Positions 36,001 to 46,506 of a DNA stretch of 64,000 bases are shown here, one piece after another. The position numbers and the translations under genes were made by a program. This DNA comes from Selaginella moellendorffii (Eukaryota > Plantae > Lycopodiophyta), in the NCBI RefSeq assembly GCF_000143415.4, contig NW_003314355.1, positions 453,410 to 517,409 on the forward strand, written 5' to 3'. The notes under the pieces are model-generated. The model saw only the letters and a list, made by a program, of their open reading frames with translations. It had not been told where the DNA came from and made no database searches. Numbering within the stretch: position 1 is the stretch's first letter; every line of letters begins with the position of its first letter.

Positions 36001-38596
36001 AAGACCCAGCTGAGCATTTCCCATGCTGCACCTGGAGCTTTCTTTGGATTCGAAAGCTCCATAGCCGTCTTCAGTTCCTCAGGCACGGGTAAATTGACCT
36101 CCCTCAGATCAATTCGATCGGCTTTGTTGAACGAAGCTGGGAAGTCACTCCAGTCCCACTCTGCTGCAGGACCAATAACAAGGGCGACTGTGAAGATGCG
36201 GACATTCGTCGGTATCTTCTTCTTAGCCATTATCCCATGGATCTCCCACATCTCCTTGCCTTTCAACCGAGCCTTCACCTCGTTCAAGGCCTTCCAGAAC
36301 TTGTGATAGGATTCGGAGTCGTAGATCATATAGTGGACTGAAGATTCCACCTCCGCAAGTCCCACCATTAAGTCAATGATGGAGCTGACTTCGTCTGCAT
36401 GAGTGATCTCCTCGTTTGTGAAGTCCATCACACAAAAGATGTTCTTGACCTGCTCATCTCCGCGGGAAACGATGCTCCTCCACCTTTGATCCTCATCCGA
36501 ATTCACGTATACCCGGTAAGGTTCTCGATAGGCCTCTGCTGCGGGGTCGAGCTGTTTCTGAAGCCGGCGGTCGACATCCCTCTTAATGAAATTTGGATAC
36601 TGATCCAACTTCTCAGCTTTACTTTTCGTGGCATCCCGCAGCAGATCGATGAACTTGGGGGCCCCCTTCACGTACTCGTCGATGTCTTCATTTGACAAGT
36701 CCAGCTCTTCCATCATCTCTTGCGTGGTGTCGATGCTCACCCTCGCCACGGCCACTTGCTCGAAGATCCAATCCTTCAATAGCGCACGAGCTCTCAGAGT
36801 CGTGCACAAGTCCTCGTATGTCACAATATGGCCGGGAGTCATTTTGGTCTTGTTGAAGACTACCTCACCAAGTAGAAGAGCATTAGCCACTGTCAGAAGG
36901 TCGTCGTCGTCTAGAGACCGCGAGAAACGCAAGGCGTTGAGCTTCAAATCATTGGGCTTCCGGCCGTCCTCCACACCCATTGAGTTTAGCAACTCCCCGT
37001 CATGGTACCTCCTTAGCACATCTACCCATTTGTCAAAAACAACTTTTGTCGCGAGTAGAATGTTATGGATGCTGAGTGTGTCATTGACCCCCAGTGTTTT
37101 CGAGAGAAGACACGAGAATTCCTGCAATGGAAATGGCGTGAGGCCACATGCTATGCCACATGCAACGAGGCTTACCTGCCAGGCGCTAGTTGCTAGTGCA
37201 CGTCCTTGTCCTGGTTTTTGTGGCTTCTTCAGTTGAACCCAGAGCTTCCGTGTTCGTGCCAATGTCTCGTGCAGACCCGATTTGTAGCACGTTTCTTGCT
37301 TGACATTCTGCGCGTGGGAGATGTATATGATAGATCGGAGGGGCGAGTTGCCTTTTATCAGGCGGACAACTCTTGTCTTGAAGACTTTCTTCACCTCCTC
37401 GCCCACCATAATATCCACAACTATCTGTTGCATCGCCAAGCTAGAATGTTGCCCGGAGACGGCATAGAACCGGATGTTCTGATCGTCCAACACCTTCCTA
37501 TTGATCAAGTCTGGAAACCTCGTCTCGCCCTTCATTGTTCGGTAGTAGGGGATCACGTTTGCGATGTCGGGTGTTACTGGACTTGCCAGCATCTTCTGCT
37601 TCAGTTTCTCCACCCACTCATCAGATACTAGCCTGTGGTTGTATTTGCTTTGGATCTCGATACGGCTCACGTCGATTGTATATACTTTGTTGGAATAGTA
37701 ACAAGTACTATTATCTGCGACGATTTTTGCTGCCTCTTCTTGCTCTTTCTGCTCTTTGCGGCTCTTCTTTTTGGTGGGTGTAGTGTTCGAACCCGAGGCA
37801 ATGGCATCACCGAGTAGCTTCTTTTTTGGAGCAGCAGAGTCGGACGTCGGCTTGAGCTTGACCACCCTTTTCTGCTTCAGGGTAGTTTCCAGATCGACCC
37901 CCTTCCCCTTCGCTTCGCAAACTGGAGGCACTCTCAACGGCTCAATGTTGGAATATAGTTTTTGAACATCGCCGTAGGTGAGGTCCGTGGATTCCATGTG
38001 ATCTTCATAGACCCGCAGCGTCTTTGAAATTGTGGGCCTCCTGGACAACCTCTCCCTAGCTCCCTCTAGGAATTCCTCATAGCCGCTGCCCCCCTCCGGG
38101 AAGCCACTAGGATGTGCAAGGTGGATCTTGAAGGCGGACGCTGTCTCTACCACAAGTGCCAGTCCATATTCTTGCATGGAACTGCATGGAGTGTCTGTCA
38201 CTTGGATGAGGATCCCCATGCATTCTTTTCTCCCACCATCTGTGTTGTACAGCATCAGATCCTCGCCTTCCATCCCGAAAGTCCAACTGGTGAGCTCCTC
38301 CCCCTTCTCTGCATCCACATTGACAGTGGCTGGAAGAAGAACGCAATTCCTCGCCTGTTCAAAAATGCACAACAATTAGAGCTGACAGATGAAAAGCTAG
38401 CAGCTGGAAATAACGTGAGGCCACACGCCATTCACCACTGCATCAGATGTCTTGAGGCTGCATCCTAAGATGGCGTGAGGCTACACGCCATCTGTAACCG
38501 GACTGCACTCGAGAGCCCAATCGGTGCATGCCAATGTTGCTACTGAATGGCATGTGGCCTCATGCCATTTTCTACTTCGTCTAAAAGACTTACCAT
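33027..38596 (-). CDS. 11-exon ~1624-aa cargo protein: ParB/Srx-like domain, degenerate N6A/N4C methyltransferase-like domain, K-rich and acidic linker, FCP1/NIF HAD phosphatase
   Basis: Exons 38596-38594, 38354-37176, 37121-35813, 35762-35688, 35631-35560, 35510-35367, 35319-34783, 34725-34711, 34661-34554, 34506-33931, 33883-33027. All are GT-AG; total 4875 nt in one open frame. Motifs: IDVSRI…NHRLVSDEWVEKLK…FYAVSGQHS (ParB-like); KKAPG…CVVEYNCGG…GVPCVAVT (MTase motif X/I-like); VFDLNGVL, VWTSMM and IIDDSPIK (NIF HAD motifs). Confidence 0.75.
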
Positions 38597-41550
38597 TTGA
38601 AGCCGAATGGAGGCCGTGACAATCGAGGCCGGACTCGCTGGCGAATGTGCACTGTGTGTGCAGCGGATCGTAGCAGCAAGGCTACTCTGCCACTTACAGT
38701 TGGAGAGTGGTGCTGAAATCTCCCGGGACGCCAAGTGGGCTGCGTGTGGGTGGTGGAGTGGGCGGCGGAGTTGGCGGCGAAGTTACAAACTGGGTGTGTC
38801 TTGAAGTGGACGCCGATGCACACGAGCGCGATGCGAGCGCGAGTGTGATGCAAGCGCGAGTGGACGCCGATGCACACGAGAAACCTGTAGAGAAGTGAGC
38901 GTGATCGCGAGTGGGAGCGCGATGCGAGCGGGAGCGCGAGTGTGATGCGAGCGCGAGCGCGAGTGTGCGAGCGCGAGTACAAAGCAAAATGCAAAACCTA
39001 ACCTCACACACGCGAAATGTCACAACGGTTGGTAATCCCGCCACGTCATCATTCCTCGGACTTGGGCGCCACCATTAATTTCTGGATTGCCGCGCACATG
39101 CAAGCACGCAAAATCCAAAAGAAATCCGCAACGTCATCATTCCTCGGACTGCATGCACGCGAAATCCAAAAGAAAGATCATGATTGGGATATCATTTAAT
39201 ACCCTCGCTATATTTATACCATGCATGATTGGATATTCCAAAGCATCTTGTATTTCCAAAAATGGCAGATGTTCAGCTAAATAAAGAAATTCTATCTGTT
39301 TCTATTTTTCTCTCAAATCAATATTATAGCGTGTGGGCTCATGCAATTTTGAACCAAAGAAACCCAAAAAACGTTGGACCCAAAATATTTTGAAAAAACC
39401 CAAAAAACCCTAAACATTTTAAACCCAAAAATCCAGGCGTCCTGTGGCGTTATTCCTTGAATGGCGTGTGGGCGCATGCCATTTTCAGGGCCAAATGCTG
39501 AATGGAGAAAAATTCCCTTTCAGTGCAAATGCTGCAAGAGGCAGATGCCGAGCACAAAGGACTGTAACTACCTCACATGACACAGATAAACTTTTCTCTA
39601 TTTGGCAAAGATAAACTTTATAGCGTGTGGGCTCATGCAATTTTGAACCCAAAAAATGCACCAAAAAATTCTCGGCGTCATCTGGCATTATCTCTTGAAT
39701 GGCGTGGGGCCGCATGCCATTTTCAGGGGCACATAGGAGTATATTCCTAGGATATTCTTACACGCGCGAGATTTTTTTGAGTTTTCTGGAGATCCAACCG
39801 TTAGATCGCAACTAGATTTTACAGAATGGTATACAATGTCTTTCTTGATGACCCTGCAAAGAAGCATCTCAATCGGACACCACATGAGACCACACGAGCC
39901 TTACAATGTTTCAGGGGCATTTGCCATAGATCCGACCGTTATTTTGCTCCAAGATTTCACAGTTTGGTGTGCATTGACCTTTCCATCGAAACTGCAAAGG
40001 GACATCACAATCAGATGTGGGATCACAAGAAACTAACTTCACTAACTCTGGTTTCACCAAGATCTACGTAAGGAGTTATGAAATGAAAGGACCCTCTCTA
40101 TTGAAATGTGTTTATGGTCCTAGGGGCATTGTGACATATCAAAGGATTTTGCATCAAGTTCTGTATTTGCATGTTTATCAAACTACTGAATTGCTAAACC
40201 CTAAACCCTAAACCCTAAACATGTGGCAAATGCTGCGTGAAGAAAGATGCCCTTTCTGGGCAAATGCTGTAAGAGGCAGATGCTGAGCAGATGTATCTCA
40301 GGCTAGCGAAGGGGACGAACGAAAGCTAGCTATAAACATGACGGGATGCAAATAGATTACTAGGCTGGTCCTACGAAAATCAAAAACCATAATTGAAAAC
40401 ATTGAAAATGCAAAAAGAAAGGTTTATAATATTTTTGAATTTTAGGCAACCAAAGGAATGTAAGTAGGGCATGTGTTTGTAAGTTTAAAAATGCCTCAAC
40501 CACTTAAATTCCCAAGTAAATAAAGCTGTTTCTATTTTTGGTACAGGTAAACTTTATAGCGTGTGGGCTCATGCAATTTTGAACCCAAAAATGCACCAAA
40601 AAATGCTCGACTAGCATTATTCTTTGAATGGCGTGTGGCCTTATGTCGAGCATTATTCTTTGAATGGCGTGTGGCCTTATATTGCCATAAATGGACGTAC
40701 ACACACAGCGTAATTATTCCTTTACACGGCGAATAATCTTGGCGCGGATCGCTGACATGGCATGGCAAAGTTCGAATCACTGACATGGCACAGCTGGATC
40801 GAGGCAAGGACATGATGTGACAAAGTTCAACCTCCGATAGCAAAGTCTAGAAGCTACTCAGTTTGAAATTTGTCAGAGGAATCATAAGATCTGGTTTGTC
40901 AGAGGATTTGATGTGACGTTCAAGCGTGTGTTATTTTTGAATTCTCGAACTCATTCCTAGGTCTATCATTTTTGTGCGCCGTGTTCTTGGTTCCGCTGAG
41001 CGCAGTGAGCGCTGCTTGTGTAAGCGGCGTTGTGGGCTGTGGTTTATGCGTCTACGAGCGGTTGCGGCATTGCGAGCGCCATTGCGAGCGGCAGTTTATG
41101 CGAGTGGCAGTTTGTGCGAGCGGCGCTACGAGCAGTTGCGGTGTTGCGAGCGGCGCTACGAGTAGTTGCGGTGTTGCGAGCGGCACTGTCTTTGGTGTGG
41201 CTACCGCTTCCTCTTGATATTCGGCACTTGTGCTTCCTGGTATGTTCACCATGGAATGGCTTAGGACCACATTTAGAAATGGCATGAGGCCACATGCCAT
41301 CTTGGGCCCTTGCAATTTCATGGCTAGCGTATTGTCATGTATGTTTTTACTTGCCTGCAGCTGTGTGTATATCAAGATGGCATGAGGGCTCATGCCAATT
41401 TTGTGAATGCGAAATTTCACGTGGGTGTCAATAACATGTTTGAATAATGGCATGTGGCCTCATGCTATTGAGGTTGTTTGGTATGTTATGATTTAGGCCA
41501 TTCTCCAATCATTTTTTGTATGGTCTTAACTTCTTTTCTGCACTTTCAGA
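38597..41550. promoter_or_regulatory. Bidirectional promoter/UTR region between the cargo gene and the transposase
   Basis: The two genes diverge from it. CpG-rich GCGA repeats at ~38810-38980 and ~41056-41185; three copies of ttatagcgtgtgggctcatgcaattttgaacc; a telomeric repeat tract. Confidence 0.55.
40194..40220 (+). repeat. Interstitial plant telomeric repeat (CCCTAAA)3 / telo-box (copy 2 at ~58928-58954)
   Basis: ctaaaccctaaaccctaaaccctaaac. Confidence 0.85.
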
Positions 41551-44500
41551 ATAGCCTTCAGGGTTGGGGAAAAGGTTTACATTTTGAATGGTGGGAAGAG
41601 AGTTGCAAAAGGGACCCTTGTGTCTATGGATCGGAACTTTGTTATACACTGTGAAAGGCTTGGGGAAGGCAATGCTGCTGTATCAGTAGAGACTGTCTTC
41701 GATGGGAATGTGGTCGCTATTGAACGAGGAGAGATGGTCGTCGGGGTAAATGTTGTTGTTGCCTTGAAAAATCTTCAGAAGAAAGCAGATGTTGGGGACA
41801 GCGCAAGTGCGACGCATGTTCCCTCCGTGGATCTTAAGAACCGTGCTACATGGATTCAGGCAAAAGTGTTTCTAAACAACCCCGAGGGGGAGGTGGTAGC
41901 TGAGGGCTTAGCCACAGTTGTCGATCCAAGAGATGCGGTTGCTAATCAAGAATTGGGCTGGGATGATATTGGAGTTGCGATTTTAGAGGTTGTTGACACA
42001 GAAGAAAACAGTCTGACTATTGGAAGCATTGTGCGGTGGAAATTGAGGCACTTAGTGTTTGAGAATGTGAAGGATTCACAATCAAACACCACTACAACTG
42101 ATGACAGAACATCTCTTCATGGGAAAAGAAAGTACACCTTCCTAAAGCGCAGCCAAAGGGATCTGAGCAACGAACCGAAAAGGCAGAAAATGGCGATGGA
42201 GGTTCGAATGGTCTCGACAGTTGCTTGTTGCAAGAGGAGGTGCTGTCAACATGCTGATTGGGATGCTATTGAAGAGGATAGAGCAAGATACAAGACATTG
42301 TCCTGGAAGGCAGCTCGCAATTTTGTGTATGAAGCATTACGGTCATCTGTTGATGCTTCAGAACATCAGGTGGGGGGCATGGTCTTCCAGAGGGGTTTGG
42401 TCTGCATGAAGGCATGGAGAATCATTTATGGAGTCCCTCGAACCACATTCTACAGAATCAAAACTGAGTTCGAGGAACAAAGGGTTCAACAGGCAGTCCA
42501 TGGGAACGACGGTACGCACAAAACCAGGGGTCATGTTGTATATGGAGAGGCAATCTTCAAGAGGTTTGTCGAGACATGTAGCGAGCAGCAACCACATAAA
42601 ACCCGCCTCTTGGAAGATGGAACACGAGACACCCAACGAGTTCTCCCTTCCATGTATACCAAGGGGGCCATATTGGAAGATGTGAATCGGGAACTCCAGA
42701 GTAATGGCTACAGGAAGCTGAGCCAATCTAGATTTAGTAGATTGTGGAGCAACAGGTTCAGGGATGTGAGTATAGGAAAGTACTCCAGCTTTTCAAAGTG
42801 TGACGAGTGCACTGCTATCAAAATGGCTTTGTCGAAGAATTCTTGCAGCGCTCAAGAGCGAGAGACGTTGGTTAGAAGGCGGCTCGACCACAACATCGAG
42901 CAGAGAAGCTGCAGGACTGCATATTATCATAACAGGATTCTCTCCATGGAGAGACCTGACTCTTACCTCTGCATCATCCACGACAAAATGGACCAGAAAA
43001 AGACGTGCTTACCTCGACTCAATCCTGCCCCCAAGGCAATCTCTTCATCCATGCAGCTGCCTGTGTCTCTGTTTGGCATAATCGCTCATGGGCATGGTGC
43101 CCAGAACTATGGGAACTTCTTTGTACCTCTATGGGGTGGCGGGGGTGCAAACATGATGATTGCGTCCCTAGCAAAACACTTAAGGTCTCTACAAAGTGCG
43201 CAGACTGAGCTGAACGGCCAACCCTTGCATAAGGCCCTTGTCGATCGAACCCCATACAGGGTTCAGCTGGAGGAGGAGCAAAGGCTTGCAGTATCGCGTG
43301 GGGCCCCATGCCATCCCAGTGAATATGTTGGCCGTCAGATTGTAGGGTTATCACGTGAGGCCTCATGCCATTCCGACGAGGCTGGTCGCTCGGTGAATGC
43401 ACAGCCTCATCCAAACGAAGCAGAATCTCAAGGAAGTTCTTGCAGCCGATGTGGCCTTCCACCCCATCTTCTGCTCCAAACAGACAATGCTGGCAGTGAG
43501 AACAAAAACATGTACGTCTTCGCGTACTTGGCGATGCTTGTTGCCAAAGGCATATTTGAAACGGTTACACTTGGCTTTCTCATGGTTGGGCACACTCATG
43601 AAGACGTCGATGCCATGTTCAGTCACCTGGCAGAGTCCCTCCGGCGATCCAATGTCCTCACCCTCCCACAACTCTACGATGAATTCCAAAATTGCATCAA
43701 AGGCACTGTTGAAGCTGCACTTCTGACAGAGGTTCCAGACTTTAAGGGGTTTGTAAGAGGCTACATCAGGGATGGATCCGAAACGCTGATTGGCCACTCC
43801 AAGCCTCTTCAGTTTCATTTCAGCATGTGTGACGGTGCTCCAGTGATGAGGTACAAGATGAGAGAATGGGACACAGTGTGGCTGGTAGTGGACGGCATTG
43901 AACTCTTCAAGAGAGATCCCATAACTGGGGAACCTATGATTCCTCAGGGTTCCCCACGGCCGATGCACCCGGATGGACTCAAAGACCAGGAAAGTATAGT
44001 GGCCGGGATTAGACAGCATATTGCCTTCTGGAAGAGGGGGTTGGTGTTTGGTGGAGAATCCTATTTTCAGAGGTGCAAGCCTTTGCTCGAATACTGGGAG
44101 AAGATTATATCTGCTATCCAAAATGGGCCGGTTGTATATGAAGAATTGGAAGAGTCTTTTTGGCCAGAACCCAGAGCACCAGATAGTAGCGGAACAATGT
44201 CCTCTGGAAATGCAGTGACAGATAACGATGTTGAGGATCACTATTGTGGGCCGAGGAACAAGAAGCCGGATTCAGCATTCAATCCAGTACAGGTCTGCAA
44301 AGGAATGGTCGTGCTTGTCAGACCCAGTAATAAAAAACAAATGATATGGGTGGGGCGCTGCATCACTGATGCAGAGGAGGACGCGGAAACTAACTCCTTC
44401 AATGTAACTGTGGAGTGGTTCAAGCCAAGTTCCGGATATACGAAGGATTGCCTAGAAAAGAGATGGGTGCTGAATCCAAGGGATCCCAGCATGAGCATAT

Positions 44501-44692
44501 CGGTGGATAATGTTGTGCATGGTTGGATGCGGAAGTAGAGTGCCACCATCACCTTGCCAGACCATGCAAGAGATGCAGCAAGAGCATTCATAACTCGGGT
44601 TCAAGGTGAGATTCATTAATATTCCTTTACAAAGTTTCTAATGTATTTTATTTCAAGGTGAACAATCCGAATCTGAATCAGAGGAGGCCTGA
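41551..44692 (+). pseudogene. Sola-type DDD transposase, copy 1 (start ATG>ATA; premature TAG at 44536)
   Basis: CCKRRCC…VC, KCDEC, IIHDKMDQKK, LQTDNAGSENKN and FLMVGHTHEDVDAMFS are Sola-type core motifs. Last intron 44606-44657. Two N-terminal repeats resemble the En/Spm TnpA-type beta domain. Confidence 0.85.
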
Positions 44693-44890
44693 TATAGTGT
44701 GTGAGGTAAAACAAAGATGATGTGACATATGCATTTACCAATCACACGTGCATAAATCTAATAATATGGCGTGTGGCCCATATTAATGGCACATAAACCC
44801 ATATTGTGGGCTTACGTGCTTTATGTACCATCATTCCCTTGCAGCGTGTGTGTTGGTTTCCTTTTATGACACAACGAACTCCATATTTTA

Positions 44891-45165
44891 GGGTGAAGAG
44901 CATTCTCATAGCAAGCACAAAATCTGTAAGTGAGGCAGAAAAGGAGACGGAGAAGGAGATAGGTGAAGATGTAGAATATATAAGTCTTCCAAACTCCCCA
45001 TACTATACTCCAGGTGATCATTTTTCTGAACAAACGACAACATTAACAACTATCGAGAACGCCCCAGTAACGTCAGAGACAACAATCCAAAGCAAAACAA
45101 CTGACCCGGAGAAGGATGATAGTACCGCTGAGAGTACCAAAAAGGAGGTGTCCACTAGCGCTTAG
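44891..45165 (+). CDS. Possible extra or alternative terminal exon (acidic, Thr-rich)
   Basis: Open frame after a TTTTAG acceptor; low-complexity protein-like composition; no homology recognised. Confidence 0.25.
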
Positions 45166-46506
45166 GCTTATAATGGCGTGTGCCCTCATGCCATTTACTT
45201 GATCACCAAATACCTTTTTCCCTTTGCACTAGTATATCTTAATACCGGTCTGAGAAATAGAATGGCATGTGCCCTCAGGCCTTTTACTAAATCACCTTTG
45301 AAAGAAATGCAAGCCTCTATGTCGTAAAAAAAAGGTACTAGAGAAATTCCTTAATAATATGAATGTTATTTAGTTTCATGAAAATACACTAAGGGTCAAA
45401 TGAGTTAAATGACTTCTCCAGACTAGCAATGCCTCTTGCTACACCTTCACAATTAGATTCGTTAGAAAAAGATAACATTGAATAATATCTAAATGTTCTC
45501 ACCATTAAGTTATATGTCTGGCTAATAGGAATGATGTTCATCTTGGAAAGCTCACCACACGCTCAATGAACAAACAAATAGTGTGTGCGCGCATGCCATC
45601 GCTCTTCTTTAGCTTCAGATTCGGCTTGTTCACCTTGACAATGAGATTTATTATACAACTAGATGGACTCAGTCTGGACATAAGGTCACCGCGCTAGTCA
45701 CCATGCCCCAGATATGTCTAGCCCCTGGACAAAAAACATATAATTTCACGTCATTTTCAAATACTTGAAAATTTGTACCTAGTCCCATTTTACTGAATAA
45801 ATCCCACTTTAACGAAATAGAGCTTAGTTTTGAAGGGACTCTCCAGTTGGGCTTCCAAACCAACTTGAGGTTGAGACTGGGACCGAGGGGCCTTGGGTGG
45901 GAGTGAGCATGGACATGGTTGGTGCTGAAGGGGCCATCCAAGGAAGTGCTCAAGAGCAGCTCCCACTCCCGAAAGGGAAACCGATTGCGGTGCTCCCGGC
46001 TCAGGTGGAGTGGTGCCCCACTTGAGTACCATGCGGCTCATTGGTCCTCGCCCTTCCGAGGGGCTTGGGCCTTCCTTCGGGATGGAAGTGGGGGGGTAGA
46101 GGTACCCATACCGGGCCGCTAGGCCATGGTGTTTCGCCCTGACATCCCGAAGCAAGTGTTGCACTCAAGACTTGGGATTTAGAGGGTCCCATGATCAAGT
46201 CTTGTGGTACCAAGGGGTGTTAGGAATCTGGAAGTTTGGTGTGCTTGGCTACTTGTGCTTGCAGGGAGTGTAGCTGAACCTTAAGTCTAGTCTAACCCAA
46301 GGAGGGGGATTGGGAGTGATTTGGGAATCCGTGGATGGATGGCTAACACTCCGGTGCTCGTGCAGTGAGTAGCTGAAACCAAGTAGGAGCTGGTACCATA
46401 GGCGAGAACCTTGGCAAGGGAACTTAGTAAAAGCCAAGGTGGTGTTGGACGGATAGACGAGGTAAGCTGGCAAATTGGAAAGGAAAAATTTGTGGCTTAC
46501 ACGAGG

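Larger units (their letters stand above)
32970..45600. repeat. Dispersed 20-bp palindrome TGGCRTGWGGCCWCAYGCCA, >25 copies per Sola element
   Basis: Examples at 34043, 34118 (perfect TGGCGTGTGATCACACGCCA), 35330, 35521, 35662, 37134, 38411, 38471, 38548, 39462, 39700, 40628, 41280, 41378, 41448, 43351, 45174, 45263. Not seen in the flanking retroelements. Confidence 0.92.
32596..45825 (+). mobile_element. Sola-type DNA transposon, copy 1, complete, 13,230 bp
   Basis: Perfect 24-bp TIRs AAGCTCTATTTCGTTAAAGTGGGA (32596-32619 and 45802-45825). 4-bp TSD AGTT (32592-32595 and 45826-45829), confirmed against the empty LTR-A site aaccAGTTttgaa at ~11254. Encodes a DDD transposase. Confidence 0.92.
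10784..46501 (+). mobile_element. Ty3/gypsy chromovirus family A, inner copy nested in the outer copy
   Basis: LTRs 10784-11933 and 32118-46501 (the latter split by the Sola element); TSD CGAGG at 10779-10783 and 46502-46506. Confidence 0.95.

Noticed and set aside
43363-44241. 292-aa antisense ORF and other antisense ORFs over the transposase, cargo gene and pol
   Set aside because: Shadow frames with no recognisable motifs.
32970-45600. Palindrome array as a CRISPR or REP array
   Set aside because: Spacing is irregular, there are no unique equal-length spacers or cas genes, and the context is eukaryotic and intronic.
32596-45825. CACTA, hAT, Mutator or piggyBac classification
   Set aside because: Termini are not CACTA, the TSD is 4 bp and not TTAA, and the core motifs are Sola-type. 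The Sola subgroup is left unassigned.
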